Positions 12,541 through 25,067 of a DNA stretch of 64,000 nt are shown piece by piece (positions within the stretch are counted from its first letter, which is position 1; every line of letters begins with the position of its first letter). Position numbers and translations under genes: made by a program. The DNA lies in NCBI RefSeq assembly GCF_055900595.2, contig NZ_CM148325.1; one strand, given 5' to 3'. Below the pieces are notes generated by a model that made no database searches, was not told the DNA's origin, and saw only the letters and a list, made by a program, of their open reading frames with translations.

Positions 12541-12840
12541 TCAAGCTAACGAACGCAGTGATAACTCAAAAATAATCATCTCGGCCTGGCATGAGAAGGT
12601 GAAGGCCGCATCAAGCTCAACTTGCCCCTCCAGATCCTTAATCTTATAGGCCACGCTGGCCCCTTCATCCGCAGAGGATGCAGCGGCGGCAAGCTCTTTC
12701 AGTTTAGTCATAAAGGACTCTGCTTCTTCGCGGGTGGCAAAAAAGCGCGAAAACTTACTGGTACAGTTGTCGTTATCAATCACCGTACCGATATCAATCG
12801 CACATCCTTTAGTACTGCATTTATCTACGACATCTTTCAT
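12541..12840 (-). CDS. yiiS: Conserved small protein YiiS (UPF0381/DUF406)
   Basis: [52 protein letters not shown]... 99 aa; co-oriented with uspD downstream. Confidence 0.88.
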   Translation of the reverse strand: MKDVVDKCSTKGCAIDIGTVIDNDNCTSKFSRFFATREEAESFMTKLKELAAAASSADEGASVAYKIKDLEGQVELDAAFTFSCQAEMIIFELSLRSLA

Positions 12841-13052
12841 AGGGCACCTCTGTATATTCGCCTCTCTGTCGATTACGACTTAAGAATAATGCGCCGTTAA
12901 GGGAAGAACAAACAAGTAATGATCTTATGGATTACCATTTTTTTTGATATTGCTTAAGGTGAAGAGATCAGAAGGATTTTCCGGGCATTGTCATTTTCAA
13001 CGTGGAAATAACAAACCCGGAAAAAAAATAGCAGTAAGAGATATATTAAAGG

Positions 13053-13493
13053 TTAATTACTTGATTTATTGTCGGCTTTATACTTCACATCCTGAGTGTC
13101 TTTACCATATTTATTTTCGCCTTGTGTGCCAACAAACGCACCAAGATCGATAAGCATCATCACCAGAATCAACGTCGGGACAAAACGCCCCACCGCCCAT
13201 TGCCAGACACCAGGTAAAATCGCCCAGTTACCCGCCAGCAGCATCCACGCCACAATCATCAGAAATGCCCATGCGCCGGAACGCCCGCGATCATGCAAGC
13301 GCTTAACGGTTACTGCCGCTGTTGGCCAAAGCAAGCACACAAGGCAAAACGCCGCGGTCTGAATATCGAGTAAATTTTTACCCGCCAGTGAGAAAAGCAC
13401 CAGCATGCCTGCGAACCACAGGCCTATCCAAATCCAGAAATCACGGCGTCCAATACGCCCTTTAAATGAAAATAACCATTGCTGTATGGTCAT
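13053..13493 (-). CDS. yiiR: Inner-membrane protein YiiR (DUF805)
   Basis: MTIQQWLFSFKGRIGRRDFWIWIGLWFAGMLVLFSL... 146 aa with several hydrophobic helices. Confidence 0.88.
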   Translation of the reverse strand: MTIQQWLFSFKGRIGRRDFWIWIGLWFAGMLVLFSLAGKNLLDIQTAAFCLVCLLWPTAAVTVKRLHDRGRSGAWAFLMIVAWMLLAGNWAILPGVWQWAVGRFVPTLILVMMLIDLGAFVGTQGENKYGKDTQDVKYKADNKSSN

Positions 13494-13593
13494 GTAAGTT
13501 CCTTGATGGTTGTCTTTTCCGGGATTCTACCCTTTTGACAAGGGCGACAGATATCGTTTTAATCGGAGCCAGTCATAACAAAAGGTACTGTCA

Positions 13594-14193
13594 ATGAAGC
13601 CAGGGTGTACGCTGTTTTTTCTCTTATGTTCTGCATTAACCGTTACAACAGCGGCGCATGCACAAACACCAGGTACGGCAACGACCGCGCCTTATCTGCT
13701 GGCTGGAGCCCCTACTTTCGATCTCTCCATCAGCCAGTTTCGAGAAGACTTTAACAGCCAGAACCCCAGCCTGCCACTGAACGAATTTCGTGCCATCGAC
13801 AGCAGTCCCGACAAAGCCAATCTCACTCGTGCTGCAAGTAAAATTAATGAGAACTTGTATGCTTCTACAGCGCTGGAGCGCGGTACCTTAAAAATCAAAA
13901 GCATTCAAATGACCTGGCTACCTATCCAGGGGCCAGAGCAAAAAGCCGCGAAAGCGAAAGCTCAGGAATACATGGCAGCGGTGATCCGCACACTCACCCC
14001 ATTAATGACCAAAACACAAAGCCAGAAAAAACTGCAGTCGCTACTAACGGCGGGGAAAAACAAACGTTATTACACCGAGACCGAAGGTGCACTGCGCTAT
14101 GTTGTCGCGGACAACGGCGAAAAGGGACTGACCTTCGCTGTTGAACCGATTAAGCTGGCGCTATCTGAATCGCTTGAAGGGTTGAATAAATGA
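13594..14193 (+). CDS. yiiQ: Secreted protein YiiQ (DUF1454), signal peptide
   Basis: MKPGCTLFFLLCSALTVTTAAHAQTPGTATTAPYLL... 199 aa. Confidence 0.88.
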   Translation: MKPGCTLFFLLCSALTVTTAAHAQTPGTATTAPYLLAGAPTFDLSISQFREDFNSQNPSLPLNEFRAIDSSPDKANLTRAASKINENLYASTALERGTLKIKSIQMTWLPIQGPEQKAAKAKAQEYMAAVIRTLTPLMTKTQSQKKLQSLLTAGKNKRYYTETEGALRYVVADNGEKGLTFAVEPIKLALSESLEGLNK

Positions 14194-14300
14194 CAAAAAG
14201 CAAAGCCTTTCCGCGGATGAATCTCTATACTGTTTCACAGACCTGCTGCCCTGCGGGGCGGCCATCTTCCTTTATTCGCTTATAAGCGTGGAGAATTAAA

Positions 14301-15068
14301 ATGCGACATCCTTTAGTGATGGGTAACTGGAAACTGAACGGCAGCCGCCACATGGTTCATGAGCTGGTTTCTAACCTGCGTAAAGAGCTGGCAGGCGTTG
14401 CTGGCTGTGCGGTTGCAATCGCACCACCGGAAATGTACATCGATATGGCGAAGCGTGAAGCTGAAGGCAGCCACATCATGCTGGGTGCGCAGAACGTGGA
14501 TCTGAACCTGTCCGGCGCATTCACCGGTGAAACCTCTGCTGCTATGCTGAAAGACATCGGCGCACAGTACATCATCATCGGTCACTCTGAACGTCGTACT
14601 TATCACAAAGAGTCTGACGAACTGATCGCGAAAAAATTCGCGGTGCTGAAAGAGCAGGGTCTGACTCCGGTTCTGTGCATCGGTGAAACCGAAGCTGAAA
14701 ACGAAGCGGGCAAAACTGAAGAAGTTTGCGCACGTCAGATTGACGCAGTGCTAAAAACTCAGGGTGCTGCAGCATTCGAAGGTGCGGTAATCGCTTACGA
14801 ACCAGTATGGGCAATCGGTACTGGCAAATCGGCAACTCCGGCGCAGGCACAGGCTGTTCACAAATTCATCCGTGACCACATCGCTAAAGTTGACGCTAAC
14901 ATCGCTGAACAAGTGATCATCCAGTACGGCGGCTCTGTAAACGCGTCTAACGCTGCAGAACTGTTTGCTCAGCCAGACATCGACGGCGCGCTGGTTGGCG
15001 GTGCTTCTCTGAAAGCTGACGCTTTCGCAGTGATCGTTAAAGCTGCAGAAGCGGCTAAACAGGCTTAA
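14301..15068 (+). CDS. tpiA: Triosephosphate isomerase
   Basis: [32 protein letters not shown]...[20 protein letters not shown]... 255 aa. Confidence 0.97.
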
Positions 15069-15077
15069 GTCTGACAG

Positions 15078-15100
15078 GTGCCGGATTTCATATCCGGCAC
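15078..15100 (+). terminator. Stem-loop after tpiA (gtgccggat-ttcat-atccggcac)
   Basis: Perfect 9-bp inverted repeat directly after the tpiA stop codon; the T-tract is weak. Confidence 0.45.
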
Positions 15101-15122
15101 TTACTTTCCTTAACTCCTCGCC

Positions 15123-15878
15123 TTAACGCAAAATCTCACACTGATGATCCTGGATTTCCTCGGCTGAAGCACGGTTCAGCGTCAGTAGATTTCGTTGTGT
15201 CGCCAGCAACACAAACGAATTATCACTCTGCCGCACCATCGCCAGCCCGTAGCTTCCCATATGTTCCCGCGCCTCAGGCACTTCTTCTGCAAGCATCATA
15301 AATGGGCTGCGTTGTACCAGTTCGCTTTCCGTTACCCGACGCGCCAGGTATTCATGCCCGTGCAAACCACCTGGCAGTGGCAACCAGCGGCTGCTGATGT
15401 TCGCCAGATTGTTATCCAGCTGTTCGCGCACATCAGGACGAATACAAGAGATATGAATATGAAAATGGTTTTGCGTACGCCCGGTGCGAGAGTTGATCGC
15501 CAAAGAAACCGCGCGATCGGGAACCGGCTGGCCGTATTTTTTGCTCATAAAATCACGCGCCTGCCAGGCCAACCAAAAGAAGTTCGGCGTTGAAGGATCG
15601 GTCAACAAAGGACTTTCAGTACCGTTAATACGATACGTTGGCATCAACAGATATTGCAGTGGGCCATTAAGATCTTTTAAAACCACGTATCCGGCATTAG
15701 GTTTGACTTCCGCACATGGCGAAGGATTTTGATTTTGCTGCTGATTGGGCAAACATTCCTCAAGGACAATCTTACGTAATGTATCCGACTCTTCACCGGT
15801 TAATTTCCAGTAACCAATACCGGCAGCCACAACGGCGATAACTATCATCACCAAAAAAAGAAGACCCGCTTTTTTCAT
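15123..15878 (-). CDS. cdh: CDP-diacylglycerol pyrophosphatase Cdh
   Basis: Internal ATG at 15878 gives [48 protein letters not shown]... (251 aa); ORF track extends 64 codons upstream. Confidence 0.92.
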   Translation of the reverse strand: MKKAGLLFLVMIVIAVVAAGIGYWKLTGEESDTLRKIVLEECLPNQQQNQNPSPCAEVKPNAGYVVLKDLNGPLQYLLMPTYRINGTESPLLTDPSTPNFFWLAWQARDFMSKKYGQPVPDRAVSLAINSRTGRTQNHFHIHISCIRPDVREQLDNNLANISSRWLPLPGGLHGHEYLARRVTESELVQRSPFMMLAEEVPEAREHMGSYGLAMVRQSDNSFVLLATQRNLLTLNRASAEEIQDHQCEILR

Positions 15879-15931
15879 CTTTTTTTCCCTGTACCTCAAA
15901 GAGATGCAAGGGTAACGCAAAATCGTGACAA

Positions 15932-15962
15932 ATAAAAAACCCGGTCGCGAGAAACCACCGGG
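15932..15962 (-). terminator. Rho-independent terminator of sbp
   Basis: cccggt...accggg inverted repeat; on the minus strand the hairpin is followed by TTTTTTATT. Confidence 0.5.
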
Positions 15963-15984
15963 TTTGATAATTATCCTGGGGAAA

Positions 15985-16974
15985 TCAGCGTTTGCTGATC
16001 TGATCGAACGTACCGCCGTTAGCAAAATGCTCTTTTTGCGCTTTCGTCCAGCCGCCGAACTCTTCATCAATGGTGAATAACTTCAATTTTGGAAACGCAT
16101 TTTCGTACTTTTTCGCTACCTCAGCGTCGCGCGGACGGTAGTAGTTTTTCGCGGCAATTTCCTGACCTTCTGGCGAGTAGAGATATTTCAGGTAGGCTTC
16201 CGCCACCTCTTTAGTACCTTTTTTCTCAACCACTTTATCGACCACCGACACGGTTGGCTCTGCGAGAATAGACTCACTCGGCGTGACGATTTCGAATTTA
16301 TCTTTCCCCAGTTCATTCGCTGCCAGTAGAGCTTCGTTTTCCCAGGCGATCAGCACATCGCCAATCCCACGCTCGACAAAAGTGTTAGTGGAGCCGCGCG
16401 CACCAGAATCCAGAACTTCGACGTTTTTATACAGTGCCCGAACAAAATCCTGCGCTTTTGCCTGATCGTTGTTGTTGTGGTGCAGCGCGTAGCCCCAGGC
16501 AGCCAGGTAGTTCCAGCGCGCGCCACCAGAGCTTTTCGGATTAGGCGTGATCACCGAAACACCCGGTTTAATCAGATCGTTCCAGTCATGGATCTGCTTC
16601 GGATTGCCCTTACGTACCAGGAAAACAATAGTGGAAGTGTACGGTGCGGAGTTATCCGGCAGACGTTTGATCCACTCTTTATCAATCCGCCCGCGTTCCG
16701 CAATTGCGTCCACGTCATAGGCCAGAGCCAGAGTGACAACATCAGCTTCAATACCATTGATTACCGACGTCGCTTGTTTGCCTGAACCACCGTGTGACTG
16801 ACGAATCACCACGTTATCGCCAGTTTGCTGTTTCCAGTGGGCGCTGAATGCCTTGTTGTACTGTTCGTACAATTCGCGCGTTGGATCATATGAAACGTTA
16901 AGAAGCTGAATATCCTTTGCCATAACGCTGGTTGCCGCCAGCAAAAATGTTAACCCTACGCCCCACTTGTTCAT
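15985..16974 (-). CDS. sbp: Periplasmic sulfate-binding protein Sbp
   Basis: [67 protein letters not shown]... 329 aa. Confidence 0.95.
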
Positions 16975-17139
16975 CGCCCGACTCTCTTATGTTGTGTTGT
17001 GATGAGCAAAGCGTGCCAGAAGGTTAACCAAACATTAAAGAATAAAAAAAGATTGGCTATAACTTGCGGGTATATGTTGGGGGATTAAAAAGGCGGAAGA
17101 AATCCGCCTCATATTGCTGACAAAGTGCGCTTTGTCCAT

Positions 17140-17245
17140 GCCATATGCGGCGCGAACGCCTTATACGGCCTACAAAAGTTTGCAAATTCAATAAATTGCA
17201 GAATTCATGTAGGCCTGGTAAGCGAAGCGCATCAGGCATTTTGCT
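17140..17245. repeat. REP elements
   Basis: GCGGCGCGAACGCCTTATACGGCCTAC and GTAGGCCTGGTAAGCGAAGCGCATCAGGCA motifs. Confidence 0.6.
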
Positions 17246-17292
17246 TCTGTCATCGGTTTCAGGCTAAAGGAATCTGCCTTTTTCCGAAATCA

Positions 17293-18255
17293 TTAATACA
17301 GTTTTTTCGCGCAGTCCAGCCAGTCGCCTTTGAACGGACGCTTCATGTTTTCGATAGCGTCGATGATGTCGTGGTGAACCAGCTGTTCGTTCTGGATACC
17401 TACACAACGACCGCCGTAACCTGCCAGCAGCAGTTCAATGGCGTAAGCACCCATACGGGAAGCCAGAATACGGTCGTAAGGCACCGGAGAACCACCGCGC
17501 TGAATGTGGCCCAACACAGTTGCACGGGTTTCACGACCGGTTTCTTTCTCGATGAAATGCGCCAGTTCGTCAACATCACACATATGTTCGGTAATCGCCA
17601 CGATCGCGTGTTTTTTACCTTTCGCGATACCCGCTTTGATTTCGTTTACCAGGTCTTCACGGCTGAATTCAACTTCCGGAACTACAACGAATTCACAGCC
17701 ACCGGCAATGGCCGCAGCCAGGGTCAGATCGCCACAATAACGACCCATCACTTCCACCACGGAAATACGCTGGTGAGAAGAAGAGGTGTCACGCAGACGG
17801 TCGATCGCTTCTACAACGGTGCTCAGCGCAGTGAAGAAACCGATAGTGTAGTCAGTGCCTTTGATGTCGTTGTCGATAGTGCCCGGCAGGCCGATGCACG
17901 GGAAGCCCATTTCGGTCAGACGCATTGCACCCATGTAGGAACCGTCACCACCGATAACCACCAGCGCGTCGATACCACGTTTTTTCAGGTTTTCGATAGC
18001 CACGGCGCGGATGTTCTCGTCGCGGAATTCCGGGAAACGCGCAGAACCGAGGAACGTACCGCCACGGTTGATCATGTCAGACACGCTGTAACGGTCTAGC
18101 TGTACCATACGGTCTTCATACAGACCCAGATAGCCGTCATAAATACCCATTACTTCCAGACCTTCTGTCAGCGCAGAACGAACAACCCCGCGAATTGCGG
18201 CGTTCATGCCTGGCGCATCACCGCCGCTTGTCAACACACCGATTTTCTTAATCAT
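17293..18255 (-). CDS. pfkA: ATP-dependent 6-phosphofructokinase I
   Basis: Internal ATG at 18255 gives [49 protein letters not shown]... (320 aa). Confidence 0.97.
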   Translation of the reverse strand: MIKKIGVLTSGGDAPGMNAAIRGVVRSALTEGLEVMGIYDGYLGLYEDRMVQLDRYSVSDMINRGGTFLGSARFPEFRDENIRAVAIENLKKRGIDALVVIGGDGSYMGAMRLTEMGFPCIGLPGTIDNDIKGTDYTIGFFTALSTVVEAIDRLRDTSSSHQRISVVEVMGRYCGDLTLAAAIAGGCEFVVVPEVEFSREDLVNEIKAGIAKGKKHAIVAITEHMCDVDELAHFIEKETGRETRATVLGHIQRGGSPVPYDRILASRMGAYAIELLLAGYGGRCVGIQNEQLVHHDIIDAIENMKRPFKGDWLDCAKKLY

Positions 18256-18435
18256 GACTACCTCTGAACTTTGGAATGCAAAATGAAATCTGTTGCCGGA
18301 AGTCTTCTTGCACATCGAAGTGATCCAACGAATGTGCAAATAGTATAACAATCACTTCCTGCTGAATTGATTCAGGTCAGGCCAAATGGCGGTATTTTAT
18401 ACACAAAATGCGGGTCTGGCTCTCTTTTATACTGA

Positions 18436-19338
18436 TTATGAAAGCATAGACCGTTTACCCTCCCTGGGTACGACGGAACAGGGATCCTGATGGATAATCA
18501 CATCCGATCCCGGAAAACGCCGTAAAATAGCCTGCTCTACCTGATCCGCCACCATATGTGCCTGAACCAAAGGCAGAGAGTCTTCCATTTCCAAATGAAT
18601 CTGAATAAAGCGGGTCGGCCCTGACTGCCGCGTGCGAAGATCGTGAGCGCCGCTAACACCCGGCCAGGAAGTCACGATATCAATAATTTCTTGCCGTTCC
18701 TCATCAGGTAATGCGCGATCCAGTAATGACTGTACCGCCTCATATCCCATGCGTAACGCGCTATATAAAATATAGATGCCGATTCCCAATGCAAACAGAG
18801 CATCGGCGCGATGCCAGCCGTACCAGGACAACCCCAGCGCCAGCAGAATTGCGCCGTTCATCATAACATCAGACTGGTAATGTAGCATATCAGCCCGCAC
18901 CGCCTGGCTTTGCGTCCGGCGCACCACCCACCGCTGAAACGAGACAAGGATAATCGTACAAATTAGCGCCACAATTGTCACGATAACCCCGACGCCTGGA
19001 TCTGTCATCGGTGTTGGAGATACCAGATGTTGAATACCCGTCAAAAACAGGAATAGTGCCGAACCGGAGATAAACATACTTTGCGCCAGCGCCGCGAGGG
19101 ACTCAGCTTTACCGTGACCAAACGAGTGATTATCGTCGGCAGGTTGCAGGGAATATCGCACCACCAGTAAATTCGTCAACGACGCGCCGATATCCACCAG
19201 CGAATCCACCAGCGCGGCGAGAATACTCACCGACCCGGTATACCACCATGCAAAAATTTTAATCAGCAATAGCAGCGAAGCCATCGCCGTTGCAGCAATC
19301 GCCGCCCGACTGACCAGCCGTCCATAAGATTGATTCAT
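18436..19338 (-). CDS. fieF: Cation diffusion facilitator (Fe/Zn efflux) FieF/YiiP
   Basis: Internal ATG at 19338 gives [51 protein letters not shown]... (300 aa). Confidence 0.92.
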   Translation of the reverse strand: MNQSYGRLVSRAAIAATAMASLLLLIKIFAWWYTGSVSILAALVDSLVDIGASLTNLLVVRYSLQPADDNHSFGHGKAESLAALAQSMFISGSALFLFLTGIQHLVSPTPMTDPGVGVIVTIVALICTIILVSFQRWVVRRTQSQAVRADMLHYQSDVMMNGAILLALGLSWYGWHRADALFALGIGIYILYSALRMGYEAVQSLLDRALPDEERQEIIDIVTSWPGVSGAHDLRTRQSGPTRFIQIHLEMEDSLPLVQAHMVADQVEQAILRRFPGSDVIIHQDPCSVVPREGKRSMLS

Positions 19339-19486
19339 AAATACTCCCGCTATCAACTGACGGTAGTATAACGGAAGCAAATCATCTGCAATGCATTAAG
19401 CAGTAGGCAAATTGAGGATAAAAAAAACCCCCACATCATGTGGGGGAAGACAGGGATGGTGTCTATGGCAAGGAAAACAGGGTTTA

Positions 19487-19987
19487 CTACTGGGAACGTG
19501 AGTTGCTACTACTCAATAGCTTCAACGATGAACTTTTTTGCCATTGCGTCACGTCGCGCAACTGCTCCATTCGTTGTTGATGTTTCTCGTTTAAAACCGC
19601 TTGCTGCTCCGGCGTTAACAGGCGATACATTTGATTGCGGACTTTTGCCATCTCAACCTGACGAGCAATTTGCTCATTCGCCATTTTTTCTGCCTGTGCG
19701 CGCACAGCGTTTTCATCAAATTTTTCTGCGGTGACAAGGCGATGCATTGTCTCCAGTTCGCTAACATTAACAGGCGGCTGTTCGTGCCGGGCCTGTTGCA
19801 TAAGATCTCGCATCTGCTGACGCTGATGTTCGGTTAAACTTATGCCGTCGAACATATGGCTCTGCGTACTGCGCTGCGTAAGTTCTTCACCCGGATGCCA
19901 GTTATCGCCTGAACCGACTTCAGCAGCGTGGCTTAATGAACTGACTGCCAGCGTTGAGGCCATGACGGCAGCGGTAACTATGCGCAT
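19487..19987 (-). CDS. cpxP: Periplasmic stress adaptor CpxP
   Basis: [40 protein letters not shown]... with two LTXXQ motifs ([18 protein letters not shown]). Confidence 0.93.
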   Translation of the reverse strand: MRIVTAAVMASTLAVSSLSHAAEVGSGDNWHPGEELTQRSTQSHMFDGISLTEHQRQQMRDLMQQARHEQPPVNVSELETMHRLVTAEKFDENAVRAQAEKMANEQIARQVEMAKVRNQMYRLLTPEQQAVLNEKHQQRMEQLRDVTQWQKSSSLKLLSSSNSRSQ

Positions 19988-20066
19988 CATTTGCTCCCAA
20001 AATCTTTCTGTCGCGATTCAACGATAGAGAGTTTACGATTCAGGCTGCAAACATGCGTCAGGGGGT

Positions 20067-20081
20067 GTAAAACAACGTAAA
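20067..20081. promoter_or_regulatory. CpxR-P binding site (GTAAA-N5-GTAAA) in the divergent cpxP/cpxRA control region
   Basis: GTAAAACAACGTAAA read directly; matches the CpxR consensus tandem repeat. Confidence 0.6.
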
Positions 20082-20136
20082 GTCATGGATTAGCGACGTC
20101 TGATGACGTAATTTCTGCCTCGGAGGTATTTAAACA

Positions 20137-20835
20137 ATGAATAAAATCCTGTTAGTTGATGATGACCGAGAGCTGACTTCCCTGTTAAAGGAGCTGCTCG
20201 AGATGGAAGGCTTCAACGTGATTGTTGCCCACGATGGGGAGCAGGCGCTTGATCTTCTGGACGACAGCATTGATTTACTTTTGCTTGATGTCATGATGCC
20301 GAAGAAAAATGGTATCGACACATTAAAAGCACTTCGCCAGACACACCAGACGCCTGTCATTATGTTGACGGCGCGTGGCAGTGAACTTGATCGCGTTCTC
20401 GGCCTTGAGCTGGGCGCAGATGACTATCTCCCGAAACCGTTTAATGATCGTGAGCTGGTGGCACGTATTCGCGCGATCCTGCGCCGTTCGCACTGGAGCG
20501 AGCAACAGCAAAACAACGACAACGGTTCACCGACACTGGAAGTTGATGCCTTAGTGCTGAATCCAGGCCGTCAGGAAGCCAGCTTCGACGGGCAAACGCT
20601 GGAGTTAACCGGCACTGAGTTTACCCTGCTCTATTTGCTGGCACAGCATCTGGGTCAGGTGGTTTCCCGTGAGCATTTAAGCCAGGAAGTGCTGGGCAAA
20701 CGCCTGACGCCTTTCGACCGCGCTATCGATATGCACATTTCCAACCTGCGTCGTAAACTGCCGGATCGTAAAGATGGTCACCCGTGGTTTAAAACCTTGC
20801 GTGGTCGCGGCTATCTGATGGTTTCTGCTTCATGA
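20137..20835 (+). CDS. cpxR: Envelope-stress response regulator CpxR (OmpR family)
   Basis: MNKILLVDDDRELTSLLKELLEMEGFNVIVAHDGEQAL... 232 aa. Confidence 0.97.
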   Translation: MNKILLVDDDRELTSLLKELLEMEGFNVIVAHDGEQALDLLDDSIDLLLLDVMMPKKNGIDTLKALRQTHQTPVIMLTARGSELDRVLGLELGADDYLPKPFNDRELVARIRAILRRSHWSEQQQNNDNGSPTLEVDALVLNPGRQEASFDGQTLELTGTEFTLLYLLAQHLGQVVSREHLSQEVLGKRLTPFDRAIDMHISNLRRKLPDRKDGHPWFKTLRGRGYLMVSAS

Positions 20836-22205
20836 TAGGCAGCTTAACCGCGCGCATCTTCGCCATCTTCTGGCTGACGCTGGCGCTGGTGTTGATGTTG
20901 GTTTTGATGTTACCCAAGCTCGATTCACGCCAGATGACCGAGCTTCTGGATAGCGAACAGCGTCAGGGGCTGATGATTGAGCAGCATGTCGAAGCGGAAC
21001 TGGCGAACGATCCGCCCAACGATTTAATGTGGTGGCGGCGTCTGTTCCGGGCGATTGATAAGTGGGCACCGCCAGGACAGCGTTTGTTATTGGTGACCAC
21101 CGAGGGCCGCGTGATCGGCGCTGAACGCAGCGAAATGCAGATCATTCGTAACTTTATTGGTCAGGCCGATAACGCCGATCATCCGCAAAAGAAAAAGTAT
21201 GGCCGCGTGGAACTGGTCGGTCCGTTCTCCGTGCGTGATGGCGAAGATAATTACCAACTGTATCTGATTCGTCCGGCCAGCAGTTCTCAATCCGATTTCA
21301 TTAACTTACTGTTTGACCGCCCGCTATTACTGCTGATTGTCACCATGCTGGTCAGTACGCCGCTGCTGTTGTGGTTGGCCTGGAGTCTGGCAAAACCGGC
21401 GCGTAAGCTGAAAAACGCGGCCGATGAAGTTGCCCAGGGAAACTTACGCCAGCACCCGGAACTTGAAGCGGGGCCACAGGAATTCCTTGCCGCTGGTGCC
21501 AGTTTTAACCAGATGGTCACCGCGCTGGAGCGCATGATGACCTCTCAGCAGCGTCTGCTTTCTGATATCTCTCACGAGCTGCGCACCCCGCTGACGCGTC
21601 TGCAACTGGGTACGGCGTTATTGCGCCGTCGTAGTGGTGAAAGCAAGGAACTGGAGCGTATTGAAACCGAAGCCCAGCGTCTGGACAGCATGATCAACGA
21701 CCTGTTGGTGATGTCACGTAATCAGCAGAAAAACGCGCTGGTGAGCGAGACATTGAAAGCCAACCAGTTGTGGAGCGAAGTGCTGGATAACGCGGCGTTC
21801 GAAGCCGAGCAGATGGGCAAGTCGTTTACAGTTAACTTCCCGCCGGGGCCGTGGCCGCTGTACGGCAACCCAAACGCCCTGGAAAGCGCGCTGGAAAACA
21901 TTGTTCGTAATGCTCTGCGTTATTCCCATACGAAGATCGAAGTAGGCTTCGCGGTAGACAAAGACGGTATCACCATTACGGTGGATGATGATGGTCCTGG
22001 CGTTAGCCCGGAAGATCGCGAGCAGATTTTCCGTCCGTTCTATCGCACCGATGAAGCGCGCGATCGTGAATCTGGCGGTACGGGCTTAGGGCTGGCGATT
22101 GTCGAAACAGCTATCCAGCAGCACCGTGGTTGGGTGAAGGCAGAAGACAGCCCGCTGGGCGGTTTGCGGCTGGTGATTTGGCTGCCGCTGTATAAGCGGA
22201 GTTAA
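20832..22205 (+). CDS. cpxA: Envelope-stress sensor histidine kinase CpxA
   Basis: MIGSLTARIFAIFWLTLALVLMLVLMLPKLDSRQ..., H-box SHELRTPLTRL; overlaps the cpxR stop by 4 nt. Confidence 0.97.
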   Translation: MIGSLTARIFAIFWLTLALVLMLVLMLPKLDSRQMTELLDSEQRQGLMIEQHVEAELANDPPNDLMWWRRLFRAIDKWAPPGQRLLLVTTEGRVIGAERSEMQIIRNFIGQADNADHPQKKKYGRVELVGPFSVRDGEDNYQLYLIRPASSSQSDFINLLFDRPLLLLIVTMLVSTPLLLWLAWSLAKPARKLKNAADEVAQGNLRQHPELEAGPQEFLAAGASFNQMVTALERMMTSQQRLLSDISHELRTPLTRLQLGTALLRRRSGESKELERIETEAQRLDSMINDLLVMSRNQQKNALVSETLKANQLWSEVLDNAAFEAEQMGKSFTVNFPPGPWPLYGNPNALESALENIVRNALRYSHTKIEVGFAVDKDGITITVDDDGPGVSPEDREQIFRPFYRTDEARDRESGGTGLGLAIVETAIQQHRGWVKAEDSPLGGLRLVIWLPLYKRS

Positions 22206-22211
22206 ACTCCG

Positions 22212-22300
<89 letters not shown>

Positions 22301-22310
22301 TCTCCGGGGG

Positions 22311-22985
22311 TTATTTTCCCCACAACCGCCGTGAAAAATCTTCAATCTTGCCGCTAAGTCGGCGCTTCTGCATCGTTCGCGTCCAGCTTTTCGATAGTCC
22401 GGCTGCGGAAAGCAAACGGTGATACTGCTCATCATCAAACGGCATATGCCATGCGATAGCAGCAGCCTCCTGCACGGTCACATCACTGACACGAGAAACC
22501 AACTCCAGCGGCGCATCAGCAGATACCAACCCTGGCGCAATCACGCTATACAACCACCCCACTTTACCCGTGTTTTGCATCAACTGCGCTATATCGCTGA
22601 TATCAAAATGGTAATTGAGTTTATAGCAAGGGGAGCGTGGCTGGCTGACCTGAATAAATGCCTCTCCCCAGCGGAAAATATCGCCAATATAAACATTACT
22701 TTCCGTCAGACCGTCGGTTGAGAGATTTTCGCCAAACGCAGGCGCAACAAACAACTCCGCCTGTTCCGGAAATTCCCGCGCCCAGTAGAGATAGTGCTCA
22801 CGAGGATAATGACACAGCGCTCTGTCTGGCCCGCCGTGAACCTTCTTCTCCACCTGCTCGTCACCTTCCAGCCCCAGCTCCGTCAGCATCAACTCACCAT
22901 CAACCTGGATTTTGGCAATTGCGCTGGGTTTGCCTTCGGGATAAGCCTGAATCTTGCCCGTGTATACATCAACCGGATATCGCAT
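22311..22985 (-). CDS. yiiM: MOSC-domain protein YiiM
   Basis: Internal ATG at 22985 gives MRYPVDVYTGKIQAYPEGKPSAIAKIQVDGELMLTELGLEGDEQ... (224 aa). Confidence 0.88.
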   Translation of the reverse strand: MRYPVDVYTGKIQAYPEGKPSAIAKIQVDGELMLTELGLEGDEQVEKKVHGGPDRALCHYPREHYLYWAREFPEQAELFVAPAFGENLSTDGLTESNVYIGDIFRWGEAFIQVSQPRSPCYKLNYHFDISDIAQLMQNTGKVGWLYSVIAPGLVSADAPLELVSRVSDVTVQEAAAIAWHMPFDDEQYHRLLSAAGLSKSWTRTMQKRRLSGKIEDFSRRLWGK

Positions 22986-23133
22986 CTGTTCCCTCTCCAC
23001 GAGAAATTTCCCCATTAGACCATATTTATTTTATGTCAGGCGTGCTGTTTTCGCGGTATGTATCCAGGCAGGAGCTCAATCGCAAACCGGACGAACGTTA
23101 GTTCATCCGGCTGTGGGGATTAAGGAAGCAGGT

Positions 23134-24117
23134 TTATTTTACCGTGCCTAAAATTTCGATTTTCGCCACTCTGGCTTTGACTTTACGTGACCAGATAGAG
23201 GTAAGAATTGGCACCAGAATCGAAGTCACAATGACCGCCGTCGCGACCAGCGAAGTTGCTGCCGGAGCCATCGGTTTAAACGCAGGCACCATTTCAGCAA
23301 TCAGCACAGGTGTCGCTACCGCGGCCCCTGCGGAACTGGAAGCGGCAATTCCGGCAGTACCATCGCCACCGCCAATCAATTTATCGGCGATAATCAACGG
23401 AATACCGGTCACGATAATTACTGCCACACCCAACAGGATCCCCAGCAAACCTGTCTGGGCAATTACAGTCAAATCAATGGTATTGCCCAGCGCGAAGGCA
23501 AAGAATGGAATCAGCGTCTGCACCGCTTTGCTGAAAAATTCTCGTAATTCAGGGTCAAGGTTCCCAAGGGCAAAGCCCACCAGGAACGGTAATACTGCGC
23601 CGACGAAAACATGCGGTTCAAACGAGGCAATCCCGGCAGTGCCCAGAATAATCATCGTCATGAGCGGCCCGGACTCCAATGACATCAACACAAATGCCCC
23701 AGCTTCTTCTTTCGTACCGTACTGCTGCATGATGGAAGCGTAAAGTCCGCCGTTGGTCATATCCATCGCCGCCACCAGCGCCAGCGTTGAAAGTCCGGCA
23801 AAGAATCCAACTTCAACACCATGTTCCGGAATAATGCGCGAGGCAATTGCCGCAACCACCCACGCGACGGCAATTTTTGTTACCACCAGCGTACCGGATT
23901 TACGCAATACCGTTCCCGTCGCGCTTAATTTTATTGACGCCCCCATGCAAAAAAACCACACCGCCAGAATGGGCACCGTACCGGTAATCATCCCGTTGGT
24001 GAATGATCCAAAATATTTCCCCGCCCCCGGCGAGAAGGTGTGGCACAGTGCGCCAAGGAATAGCGGGACGAGCATCATCCCCCCCGGGATTTTTTCAATC
24101 GAGCGTTTTATCTGCAT
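23134..24117 (-). CDS. kdgT: 2-keto-3-deoxygluconate permease KdgT
   Basis: Internal ATG at 24117 gives [38 protein letters not shown]... (327 aa), polytopic. Confidence 0.92.
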   Translation of the reverse strand: MQIKRSIEKIPGGMMLVPLFLGALCHTFSPGAGKYFGSFTNGMITGTVPILAVWFFCMGASIKLSATGTVLRKSGTLVVTKIAVAWVVAAIASRIIPEHGVEVGFFAGLSTLALVAAMDMTNGGLYASIMQQYGTKEEAGAFVLMSLESGPLMTMIILGTAGIASFEPHVFVGAVLPFLVGFALGNLDPELREFFSKAVQTLIPFFAFALGNTIDLTVIAQTGLLGILLGVAVIIVTGIPLIIADKLIGGGDGTAGIAASSSAGAAVATPVLIAEMVPAFKPMAPAATSLVATAVIVTSILVPILTSIWSRKVKARVAKIEILGTVK

Positions 24118-24376
24118 TTCCATCACCTGTCGGCATATTTTTAAGGGCTGATGCGTAATTCCTCAACGGAGCATCAGTGTTGATGAAAACGAAGATAGAC
24201 ATTCATTTAATCAATAAAAGTGATCAAAACCACATCAATTGAAACACCGTTTTATTTTTATCGGATCATTGTTTTTATTTTGAAATTGATCACAAAAAAA
24301 CCACCGCCGTTGGCGATGGTTCATTTTTTAAGCTGATATGCGGCGTAAACGCCTCATTGCAGCAGGCGGCAAATGA

Positions 24377-24997
24377 TTATTTTTTCGCCGCGAAACGTGC
24401 CGCTGCTTCGTCCCAGTTCACCACGTTCCAGAACTCTTTGATGTAGTCAGGACGGCGGTTCTGGAATTTCAGGTAGTAAGCATGTTCCCACACATCCAGG
24501 CCCAGAATCGGGAAGCCGGAAGCGCCAGAAATAGCTTCACCCATCAGCGGGGAGTCCTGGTTAGCAGTAGAAACCACCGCCAGTTTATCGCCTTTCAGCA
24601 CCAGCCATGCCCAGCCGGAACCAAAGCGGGAAGCTGCCGCTTTCTCAAATTCTGCTTTGAAGTTATCAACGGAGCCGAAGTCACGTTCGATAGCCGCTTT
24701 CAGGTCACCCTGTAAGGTGGTGCCTTTTTTCAGACCTTTCCAGAACAGGCTGTGGTTAGCGTGACCGCCAGCGTTGTTGCGCAGTACGGTTTTCTTGTCT
24801 GCTGGCAGCTGGTCCAGTTTGGCGATCAGCTCTTCAACCGGCAGGTTGGCAAATTCTGGCAGGCTTTCCAGCGCCGCGTTGGCGTTGTTGACGTAGGTCT
24901 GATGGTGTTTGGTGTGGTGGATTTCCATGGTCTGCTTATCGAAGTGCGGTTCCAGGGCATCGTAAGCATACGGCAGGGATGGCAGGGTATAGCTCAT
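24377..24997 (-). CDS. sodA: Manganese superoxide dismutase
   Basis: [44 protein letters not shown]... 206 aa. Confidence 0.97.
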   Translation of the reverse strand: MSYTLPSLPYAYDALEPHFDKQTMEIHHTKHHQTYVNNANAALESLPEFANLPVEELIAKLDQLPADKKTVLRNNAGGHANHSLFWKGLKKGTTLQGDLKAAIERDFGSVDNFKAEFEKAAASRFGSGWAWLVLKGDKLAVVSTANQDSPLMGEAISGASGFPILGLDVWEHAYYLKFQNRRPDYIKEFWNVVNWDEAAARFAAKK

Positions 24998-25067
24998 ATT
25001 CATCTCCAGTATTGTCGGGCGGCCGATTGTTAATGCCGCGTAAGCAGTTGGTTCATTATAGTTAATT